Assembly: GCA_964016885.1 (NCBI GenBank)
Contig: OZ024740.1
Location: forward strand, 98,952,001 to 99,016,000
Reading direction: 5' to 3'
Length of the DNA stretch: 64,000 nucleotides
From: Eledone cirrhosa
Lineage: Eukaryota
Position 1 is the stretch's first letter, and the number at the start of each line of letters is the position of its first letter. Both the position numbers and the translations under genes were made by a program. Below, one piece after another: positions 52,200 through 64,000 of this stretch. Below the pieces are notes generated by a model. It did not search any database. It was not told the origin of the DNA and saw only the letters and a program-made list of their open reading frames with translations.

Positions 52200-54623
52200 A
52201 ACCTAATACAAGAAATAACTAAGATCACCAAGAGAAAAACTAATATTTATAAACCTCATATGTCTTGAAGAAAATACATTGTTCAAGAATGTGACAAGCA
52301 CTTTAACAAGAAACTAAAATGGCTCAAACAGATGAAACTAAATCAAGATACTTTAGAAAATATCGACGGTATAAATATGGCCGACATCTAATTAACAGAT
52401 GAATTCTACAACAACAACACAAATATATACGGCAACACTACAGTCGACTCTGATGAATTATCGATATTACAGCTACTACCTAAATATGCCACATATAATA
52501 AGGTAAATATGATAAAATGCTTGTCAGAAATAGAAAAGTCATTTACCAAATTACGTTGGAGCCTCATACACAAAAACAAAAACAAATGTAACAACATACG
52601 CACACACACACACACACACACACACATACAACACACATCCCAACAACAACAGACACACAAACACAAACAACAATAACAACACACACAACAATAATAACAT
52701 ACACGGAGACAACAACAACAACACACATCAACAACAGCACACATCAACAACAACAACACACACTCATTCTATGCCTCTCACCACCACAATCTTAACAAAC
52801 ACACAGACACAGAAAACAGATACTTACAGTAACACAGAAATAAGGGAAGGTAATAGGATTGAAAGGAGAAGGGAGTCTATCAATGCTGACAGAGAAAATA
52901 ACCAGGACGAACACACAGACACACAAAATAGAGTAGATAATAACAATGAGCCAGAGGAAAGAGACAGGAGTAATAATGAGAGACATAGAAACAACCATGA
53001 GGCTGTTGGTGGAAATAGAAAGAGAAACAACACAATTAACAATAGCAATAGTACACATAAAGCAGCAGCCTGGAACTCTACTTTTTATAATCCTTCCGAT
53101 AAGTCTTTCGACCTGCAACGAGTCCACGCCACGACTTTAGCTTTTAACAAACGCACGCAATTGCCGTCGCAGGTCGATGTACAAACAGAAGCAAAATTTA
53201 ATATAGCTAGATCTAAACTTAGAAACATTATAGAACAGTATAGTAAGAAGCAAAATAGAATCGAGGCCCAGCAACTGGGAGAAAAATCTGCAAATGGCTT
53301 GCGTAAGCTCACGCAGCGCTCGCGTAATGGAGAGATTTCATGCTTTCCAACAGACAAGTCTGGCAGGATGTCGGTTGACAGTCTATCAAACTACATCCAG
53401 CCAATGCAACCCCACATCACTAACACAAGAGAGGTAACACCACAGGAGCATGAAGATAGGTAAAAACCCTCAATGCCTATATGATGACGTGGACAAACAT
53501 AATGCAGCCCAACAAAAGGACTGCCAACAACTTCCAGGCCTTGAACACTGACGTGCCAGCGTTGTATGGGCTTCGAAAAGACCACAAAACGAGCAGTGAC
53601 CCTGTCACAGGATCACCAACACGGCCAGTCTGTGGAGCTAACATTGCTAGTAACTACAGACTTTCCTACTTCCTCTCCCTGATCATACGCCCCATCATTG
53701 AAATGTCCCCAGATATATGTGACAGCACGGAGGACCTCCTCAGCAGATTCAGCGAAGATAACCGATCCAGGGACCTAACAATCTGCATAATAGGCAGTAT
53801 GGATGTTGTATCCCTATATCCATCTATTGACGTGGATTTTATTGTGGAGAAATGCGTATAAATGATCAGTGAGAGCAATGTTGAATTCGTGGGATTGATA
53901 CCAGTGAGCTGGGACTCCTACTTAAACTTAATTATAGTAATAATTATCTAGATACATATGACCTCAGCAACCTGTGCCCTACAAGACCAGCAAGAGGCAG
54001 ACCATTACCTCAAAGGCCAAGAAATCCAACACAAATAGATGGAACGGTTGGACCAGAGCCATACGGACCCCCGAAAACCACGATGAACGAAAGAAAATGA
54101 TTGCACATGCGGTGGGGGCCAGTATAAAATTAACCCTTACGGAACATATGTTCAAATTTAATGGAAAAACATAAGCCCAAGAGGAAGGAGCAGCCATTGG
54201 TGTTAGCATTGCAGGTGACATAGCTAACCTATTCATGGTATGGTGGGACAATAGACTTAAACTTAAACTTAAAGAACAATTAGAAGACAGCAACCTCTTA
54301 ACCCTGATAATGTACTCCCGCTACGTTGATGATATAAACATCGTAGTAAAAACACCCTCACTAGAGAACAGTCAGGAATTAGAGAAAAGCACCATGGAAA
54401 GCATCTAGCAAATAGCTAACTCCATCCACCGGAGAATTAATGTTAGTATAGACTGCCCAAGCAAACGCCCCAACCATCGATTACCTGTACTAGACACAGC
54501 TCTGGTTAGATACAATCAATAACAAAAAACAGATCCTCCATTCCCATTATGCCAAACCCATGACTTCCAAATATCTGATCCACCGAAACTCAGCTGTTTC
54601 GGACCACACCAAAATTAACATAC
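52200..54623 (+). mobile_element. Penelope-like element 5' part and RT (same family as 50458-52199), opposite orientation
   Basis: LPKYA, TDKSGR, LYGLRKDHK, PTRPVC, GSMDVVSLYPSI, RYVDD; 54091-54623 is the inverse of 51669-52199. Confidence 0.85.
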
Positions 54624-56030
54624 CTTCTTCACCCGATATGTAGATGACATACTCATCCTTACATCATCCCGTGAGGAGGCAGATAAAATATACACAACAT
54701 TCTCCAACATGGACGCCAGTATAAAGTTCAGCATGGAACACCCCGATGACCGGGATCCCTATCCCTACTGGACTTACAACTCAGGGTAACAGGGGAAGGC
54801 AACATCCACACCTGCTTTTATAAAAATCCGCCAGCAGGGACCTGTTCGTACATTTCAGATCGGCCCTCCCACTCAGTGCCAAGTTCGAATACATAAGGAA
54901 TGAACTGGCACGTATCCGGAACAAATGCACCGACGCTAGAGACCGAGACACACACACCACACATTTCCTGGAAGTACTCAAACTGAACGGATACACGACA
55001 TCCACCACAAACCGTGCCAGAAAGTACAGAGGACACCACACCTGAGGCACTAACACTTGCTTCCTGAAGCGCCCAGACTTCAGTGAAGAAACAACAATAG
55101 CCATCCGCAGAGCTATCAGACGAGAGGGCCTAGATATCCAACTGGCCCACTCAGGTCCTTCTCTACGCGGACAGCTAACCAAAAGACACTCCACCAGGCA
55201 TGACAACTGCTGCAGACTAGCCAACTGCCCCATCAACGACACAGACCTATGCCACCAGGCTTACGTCGTATACAGACTAAAGTGTGACAAATGTAACAAC
55301 TTCTATGTAGGTAGCACCACCAGACCACTCCACATAAGAATAAAAGAACACCTCAATACTAACGCTTCCTCATTTAAGAAACACCTAGTTAAATGCAAAA
55401 ACACCGACAAAACCATAACAGTTAGGATAGAAACCAAGGAAAGAAACCTCGGCAATCTTAGAATTAACGAAGCACTAATTATAGACAAAACACAACCACC
55501 AATCAATAATAGACTAGAACTCAACACCCAATTTATAACTTGATAGAGCTTCTAGCCCCATATTTAACCCCCCCACACACACACGCTTACACCTCCACTT
55601 ATTCTCTCTCACACATACACACACAAAACCAGTTCTAACACGAAATAACACCTATCCCCACATTTACGAATAGACATATGTTCTCACACTCACACACGCA
55701 CACTAACATACTTACACCTTCATGCATTCTCCCACACACACTTAAACAGGCATGTATATAAGAAACAAAAAAAAACAAAAAAATAAAACCCTTCTAAAGG
55801 GAGACTACTCTTTATCCACCAAATCTTAACTCTTTGACATTAGAGATAGAACAGATACTCTATACCATTTCCTGGCAGCATGACTTGGCAAGCAATTTAG
55901 AACACTGGTTAACAACTTTACTTCGCTCTGAAGAAGAGATATTATCTCGAAAATTAAGGACATTTAAATAAATCTAAGGTAAAAGACTAATTGTAACAAT
56001 ATCTTTTGCATTTGCATTCTTTATTCTATG
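54624..56030 (+). mobile_element. A different Penelope-like element: RT end, GIY-YIG and pLTR
   Basis: FTRYVDDIL, IKFSMEH, VVYRLKCDKCNNFYVGSTTRPLHIRIKEHL, EALII..TQPPIN. Confidence 0.82.
55923..55960 (+). ncRNA. Minimal hammerhead ribozyme motif
   Basis: CTGAAGA-A[GAGAT att ATCTC]-GAAA-ATTA, AATAAA shortly downstream; stem I imperfect. Confidence 0.55.
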
Positions 56031-56095
56031 TCCATACCTGCATTGTTTTGGGTTTATTATACATATACAAACGTTTATACCTCATTACACAATGA

Positions 56096-56162
<67 letters not shown>

Positions 56163-56212
56163 AAGTATGTATGTATACGTACATACATATATGTATACAG
56201 ACGTACAGTAGC

Positions 56213-56297
<85 letters not shown>

Positions 56298-56969
56298 CAG
56301 GTACACATATATATATGTACGTATCTGTTTAGCGGACGTTTATTATAACGCTCGCTTTGTCCGTTTGTAAACAAACGAACAGCCTGAATTATGCCGTACA
56401 GTTGAACTTTCGAAAGTATATACTTTCCTTATGAAAATTAACGGCTGAGCAGCGTAATTTGCATATCAAGTGAGTTCAGTCGGCCAGGCGCACCGAAAAC
56501 CCTTTCTGGTAGTGAATGAGAAGTTATTTGGGGTGTGGGTTATTTTATAAAGGTCAGATTTAGCAATCGCCAGCTGCTGGTCAGTGAGGGGGTGGAAGCA
56601 ATATACATACACATATCTTCCTGTGATGGGTAAATCTGACCTTTTAAAATAACCCACACCCCAAATAACTTCTCATTCACTACCAGAAAGGGACACAGCA
56701 GTCAACCTGTTGTTGCTACCAAGATGAAAACTGCTATGAAATCCCACAATGAATTTTATACTTGAATTTTCAAGTCTCAAATTTTAACTCTTCGTATTAT
56801 TAATTTTTCTTAATATTAATCAACATTTGAAAAGATGGCTTTTGCAGACCCATCGAAACCGGTCATTTTTTATACCCTTTATTATTTCCTTACCTTATAA
56901 AATTATGTTTTTTCACAAAAAAGTATTCTGTCTCTTATATATTCCATGTGCCATTACCAACCTCAATTT

Positions 56970-57048
<79 letters not shown>

Positions 57049-57158
57049 GCTACTGTACGTCTGTATACATATATGTATGTACGTATACATACATACTTAG
57101 ATTTAAGTAAGTGCCGTACTAAGAGTGAGAAATGAAATTTCGTTTCATTCTATTCCAA

Positions 57159-58160
<1,002 letters not shown>

Positions 58161-58455
58161 GATCAAATCAACCACAGGATGCAAGCTGTGTTGGGTGACC
58201 ACGTCTCACTCATGTAGGACTATTTCTGGCTGATTTCTACGGCAGGATGCCCTTCCTAACGCTAACCACATTTACAGTGTGTGCTGCGTGCTTTTTACCA
58301 TGACACCTACATGAGCACTTGATATATATATATATATATATTATATATAGACATATATATATGTATTATATATATCCTATATATACATACATACATATAT
58401 ATATATATCGAGTGCTCAAACAGCCTACCGCTTACGGACGCTTTAACATACCACA

Positions 58456-58516
<61 letters not shown>

Positions 58517-58520
<4 letters not shown>

Positions 58521-58717
58521 AAAAAAGATGAAATCGAAAATGCAACTGGGGTCTTTTTTTTTTAAGTATATATTTATTTGGTTCCTTTACCGGTTTCGCA
58601 GTTCTTCTGCTTTTCAAAAGTAGAATTGAGAATTGCGACCGGTAAAGGAACCAAATAAATATATACTTAAAAAAAAAAGACTCCAGTTGCATTTTCAATT
58701 TCATCTTTTTCCCTTAT
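58517..58717. repeat. Fold-back element with degenerate HHR (58585-58620, minus)
   Basis: ~85-bp arms; CTT-TTGAAAA-GCAG aagaa CTGC-GAAA-CCGG-TA-AAG. Confidence 0.65.
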
Positions 58718-58779
58718 ACTTTCACTCGTGTAGGACACCTCTTTTTTTTTCATTTTGTAAAAAAACTTCACTTTCTAAT

Positions 58780-59340
58780 ATATATATAAATCGGGATGGA
58801 ATCATATTGAATCTGGTTAAACCATTACTCAACAGAGTACTCAATACTTGGTGTAGTAGTGTATGGTTATATTGACTCAACTTGCAACATAATGCTTCCT
58901 AATCCAAGGCAACGAAACCGCTTCTCAGATTTTGAGATGTTCTGCTATGTTGATTTTAAGACCCACTTCAATAAAACGACGAGCTTCAATTTCCCCTCAC
59001 TTACAACTCCTCCAAAGACCACAATAGAAGTTGGATTCCTGCTATGTATATCTGAAGGAAATCTGGAAAGGACATATGCTATCATTTCTGAGTGTTGATG
59101 GTTTGCAACTTTGTCTACCATAAACTTTTTTCATCCATGAAGATGCGGACGTCTCCATCACGATGTTTCAGATGACTAAGCAGTTTGGGACTTCCTTCAA
59201 CCTGAATGGCTTTGGAGTGGGCAATTAGGATGTTACGGTGTCTCCTCACATATGATTTCATATTGAGGTCTTGTATCACAACCCCAGAAACGATGATTTT
59301 ACTGATTCCTCAATGTTCAGCCAATTTCGCCGTTGATTTT
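58780..59340 (-). pseudogene. Degenerate Tc1/mariner-superfamily transposase fragment
   Basis: Manual translation across frameshifts: KLLSHLKH...IFMDEK, VDKVANHQ, PTSIVVFGGV.SEGK, FIEVGLKIN, LPWIRKHY. Confidence 0.55.
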
Positions 59341-59899
59341 GATGGGTTAGACTCAATCAATATTTGAAGTCCTACTAAGAAGTAAGGTGTGCATTTCTGG
59401 CCATTGTGAGGACTAAGAGACTTTCTCTAAACATCCTGACTTTTCTACAAATTGGCTACAACTCTAAAAATAGTAGATTTGGCATACTTTGTGACTCTAA
59501 CAATCTCCCCAGGCACATTTTCCTAGTGCCGAATAATTCAGGAATTACACTTCTATACTTTAATTCTTTATTAACATTCATAATTTGTTCAAATAAAAAA
59601 TAATACAAGTGATTATTGAAGCTAATAATATTTAAAATTTAGACTCCAAAATCTTATACAATTAGAAATATACCCATTTGAAACTTGTCCCAATTTACCT
59701 GTTAGACCCTGTATATACGAAGTGGTATTGAAATGTTTCAGAACTAGTTCTGTAGCATACCAATAGATAGCAACACACAGTGTGAGCTAACAGTGACCTT
59801 CACCTACCAATTTGCTGAATAACATTGGTGCATTAACTTCACAAGTTGTGAAATTTGTGTTTTTGTGATCACATGTATGCTGTAGCCTGCAATTTTGTC

Positions 59900-61390
59900 A
59901 TGAACAGGAAGTTAGAACAAAGAACCGACGTGAAATTTTGCATTTATCATGGTATGAAGCGAAATTTATTTGTTTTTCAGGATCTTGTTTAGTTGCTTAA
60001 GGGAGCTGAAGCTTTGCTAATTCTACAATTAATTTCTTTCACCATGTCCCCATCATTACTAGAGCTTCCAAGGTAGGTGAAGTCATCCACAACCTCTTCA
60101 TCCTCCTGATTGAAGCAGACATTTGTTGGTGATGGATGAATACCAACTAACATGTTCTTGCTTTTTTTGACAGTGATGTGGAGACTGATGCTGGCTGCAG
60201 ATGAATCTATCTCATTTATCAGATAATACAAGTTAGATGTATTTTTGCTCATGATCTTTGCTTCTTCAGCTTGGTTCTCCAATCACAGACATTTGTTGTT
60301 TTGGGGCAGTGCATTTTACTTCCTTGTCTTTTTCAGCTTATTTCTGTAACACTGCAGTCCTCAATATTGTTCTGCTTTCTTTGATGTAGAGCTATTCTTC
60401 CCTTAATCAGTTGCCAGGTGTAATCACTAATCCATGCTTCCCTGATGGGCATCTTGTACCCTAGTATTTCTTCATCAGCTGTTGTCATTGCTTCCTTTAG
60501 GCTTTCCCACCATTCTTATGTTCCTGGTGGAGTGACTTCTAAGGCAGATTAACTGTTTCGAAGAACTGCCTCAAACTCACTAGCTGTCCTAGAGACTTTT
60601 AGTTTGGTGATATTAAACCTCCTGGGTAATGATGTCTTGTTCTGTTGCCTCCTCAGTTTAATCTTAATTTTTGCAGTGGTTAGGTAGTAGTGACTGCTGA
60701 CAGTGGTGCTTCAATATACTCTAAAATCTTCAAATAGGGTACGCTCCATTCAGGTCCAATCACTCAGTGGTCTATCTGGGAGATTGTCTTATGGCCGTGA
60801 GCAGTACATATGATTTTATAGATGGACTTATGTTCAAAAAGGGATGATCTGAACATCATGTTGTTCATTGCAGAGAAATGAATGAATCTATTTCAATTGA
60901 CAATGCAGTTACCAAATCCATAATGACCCTGTTCCATCGCTGCCACTCTGAGTATTCATATCACCCAGTTTGATGGTAATACCATGACAGGGTATCATGC
61001 TGACTGTGTCCTGAAGTTGTTGATAGAGTGCATCCTTGTCGGCATCCTCATATTCATTTGCAGGAGCAGAACCCTGTATTATTCTGACTTCAGTGTGTAA
61101 GGTAAGTAATCTTCATGGTAAAAGTCATTCATTTATGGGTGTCTGTCCCCTCCTCAAGGGCCATGTTTGCAGTTATATCTGAGATAAAGGCTACTCCAGG
61201 TTTAAGTAATCCATTTTAATGTCCTGAGAACAGAATAGATTTGTTCTCAGATATAAATTTTCCTGTATCAGCCCAACGAACATAACTGAGGCTTAATATG
61301 TTTTGATTGTAGGCCTCTCTTTCTTTGATGGTTTGAGTGAGTTTAGATGATTAGTACATCATTTCTACATTCCTGTATGCAAAATGTGTA
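59900..61390 (-). mobile_element. Old, highly degenerate RTE-type LINE with internal deletion
   Basis: FTYLGS...EINCRISKASA (ORF 59989-60282); endonuclease-like remnants at 60700-61370. Confidence 0.6.
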
Positions 61391-61829
61391 ATGGACTTCA
61401 CAGTCAGGACTTCACTGTTTGAAAGATACAAACAAACACACTCACACAAGCACATAAAATGCACATATATATGACAAACACAAAGATGCACACAAGTGAA
61501 GGAGCAGGCACAAATACATGTGCATGCATAAATCACAAAAAAACACACCACAAAACAAAACACAATATGGAATAATATGGACCACAAAAGAGAACAGATA
61601 ATCATTGAGGAGGTGAGAGAATGTTGACGAACTAAAGAAGTTTGATGAAGTAACCAATAAATAATAATAGAATTAAAGTTAAGAAGGGAAAATCATATGG
61701 TACATATCTTTTTTTATTGGCAATACTCGCAACATGACCATCCCCAAATATAACAATATGTTTCAACATACAATTACACATGAAGAATGTTGCAAAACAA
61801 ATCATAAACACACACACATGCACACACAC

Positions 61830-61937
61830 TCAAATACCCGCCGAGGTTAACTTTGCCTTTCATCCTTACAAGGTCGATAAAATAAAGTACCAGTGATGCA
61901 CTGGGGTAATCACCAGCCTTGTGCCAAAAGTTGAAAC
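61830..61937 (+). mobile_element. SINE body fragment (family of 200-358)
   Basis: ccgccgaggttaactttgcctttcatccttacaaggtcgataaaataaagtaccag. Confidence 0.7.
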
Positions 61938-61950
61938 TATATATATATAG

Positions 61951-62398
61951 TAACATGTGCTTATGCCATATTTGACTAAATAGAATTAGTCTGTTAGTTG
62001 GGATTTTAAAAACCTCTCTGAATGGAAAAATGGAGTATTGACGTACATGGGACACAAACCTACATCTTTGGTTTGCCAGACCAATGTGTTGCCATTACAC
62101 CAACACACCACCCATGCTTCCTTCCATTCAATTAGAAGCTATATAACCATAGCTGAGCAATGTTTGCTCAGCTGTAGAAATGAGATGAAGAGGTACCGGC
62201 CTGCCCACCCAGCCAGTGGGATGGCGTTATCTTATGGCTAAAACAGCACGACGTGCTGTGACCAGCGGCGCCGAATGGACGCCCGATAGACTGGTCGGTC
62301 AAGGTGATCAAGGTGATAACCATAGCAGGTAGATTTATATAAAATCCCAACTAACAGACTAATTCTATTCAGTCAAATACGTCATAAGCACATGTTAT
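61951..62398. mobile_element. Element with ~58-bp inverted termini and an internal tRNA-like segment (62041-62106, minus)
   Basis: taacatgtgcttatg...gttgggatttta / taaaatcccaac...cataagcacatgtta; TGGTGTAATGG A-box, TTGGT-ctggcaa-ACCAA anticodon-like arm. Confidence 0.6.
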
Positions 62399-62809
62399 TC
62401 CCTAATTTTCAAATTTGCTAGTAGTTTGTAAACAAAGCCTGCTTTATGTCTCCCTATACACACATATATATATACAAATACATTAAAATAGTAGATTTCT
62501 GACCATAAGCTCAGGTGGTTTCAACTTGTAACCTCTCCAAGCTTCTCGGAGTACTGTCTTATCCAGAAATAAAAAACAAATTCTGCTAGATGTGTAGAAT
62601 TGCCTCACCTAATCATGTCATTGGGCATTGGCTGGTCATGTGAAAGATATTAATGATTCATATAAGACTAACCAGTGTTGCATATGCAACTATGGCTAGT
62701 CAATATCTTATATATATGAATGAAGGCTAACTATAAACTACTTTCACATCATATGGCAATATTTAACAAATTGCAAAGCACATTTATTTCAATGTAATAT
62801 GTAATATGT

Positions 62810-62845
<36 letters not shown>

Positions 62846-64000
62846 TATGATATATTATGATAATGATGATATATGTGTGTGTAGTGTATTATTATTTTTA
62901 TTACTATTATTAGAGGCAGAACCTTGTATCAGAAGACAGATTCACATTTCTAATCATTTAAAGATAACTGAAGGTTTCCTATGTGACCGTATATAAGCAA
63001 ACATATTCAAAAAGATTTTGAGATATGTAAACTTAATGGCACATCGAAATTTGATTAGTTTCCAAATAATCCATTGCATATGACAGTGAAACAAAAATCT
63101 ATATAGACTTCACTGAGAATCTTTTTAAAACAGATTCCAAAAATATATTAACACACTCTGAAAGACACCTAACTACTTCACTATCTAAACATATCAGGAA
63201 TTTTAAGGATAATAATGCTAGCAATAAGTTTCGTTATTTCATTATAGAAGACACGTCTCTTTACATTAAAGCTTTCAGAAGGTGTGATCTTTAGTTTTCA
63301 AAGAAGTATAACATTCTATTGTAGCCATTTGCAATATTAAGCAAAATATCTGAATAGGAAAATTTGATATTTATTGAAGAATATCCAACTACCAAGTGAC
63401 TAGTAAATTCTATCTCTTACAAAATGGAATCATTTGGAATATCCTGAGGCAAGATCCTACATTTAAGAAAAAAGTTCAATATTATGACTTCAATAACAAG
63501 ACTTATTTCCCCTGCTCGTGTGCTTATGCACATGGTGTTAAACAAATGAAAATCCCATGTATTTCTGGATGACTTGTATATATATATATATATATACAAC
63601 TTTACTTATAAAATAAAAATACATCTCTCATTGTTATATTAAAACATGTAAGGTAAATAAATTTAATTAATTAACTCTAATGAACTATTCTTCCAATAAT
63701 GAACTGTCTTTCATTCCTGATTAGTTTGCTGAAATGTTTGTAAGTCTTATTAAATGATATAATAATAATCCTTGTCTTAATATTTGTTTATAATAATTTT
63801 AATGGATTGCATCTAAAGCAGAACCCTTTTCCTTGCCCTGACCTGCATAATTCTGATGTCAATAATCAGCTTGCATAGAATATATGTAAAGGCAATCAAG
63901 TAGTCATACTTAATGACAAGTGGAACAATAGTATTGGTTAGTGTTACAAGAATAAAAGAGATGCAAGAAGAGAGACATGGAATTTTTAAAGAAGTTTATG

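Noticed and set aside
52200-54623. Selenocysteine-recoding (Naiad-type) PLE explaining the in-frame stops
   Set aside because: Stops include TAA/TAG, frameshifts are present, and the family's GIY-YIG is C-terminal, not N-terminal
62041-62106. Functional tRNA gene
   Set aside because: B-box is degenerate, there is no convincing acceptor stem, and it is embedded in a dispersed repeat

Overview
AT-rich animal DNA made almost entirely of (TA)n/(CA)n microsatellites and nested transposon relics. The SINE, RTE and Penelope repertoire suggests a cephalopod such as Octopus (inference). No host protein-coding gene could be supported. Recognisable elements: two RTE-clade LINE families (one near full length at 3.4-6.7 kb), a near-intact CR1/L2-group LINE with a two-CCCH-finger ORF1 (11.0-15.3 kb, minus), several Penelope-like elements (PLE; RT + C-terminal GIY-YIG), a non-autonomous LTR element with a tRNA-Trp-like PBS and a PPT (40.8-43.6 kb), tRNA-derived SINEs, a Tc1/mariner fragment and an old RTE. 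The strongest signal missed by the ORF track is RNA-level: about 20 type-I hammerhead ribozyme (HHR) motifs, intact or degenerate, from about ten unrelated sequence families. Most lie in short fold-back elements embedded in (TA)n. One is a 465-bp tandem array with an HHR in each unit (31.6-33.2 kb) that resembles a retrozyme able to release unit-length, possibly circular, RNA. A ~10-kb interrupted fold-back centred on a PLE spans 39.4-49.2 kb. All coordinates were read by eye, and element boundaries are approximate.
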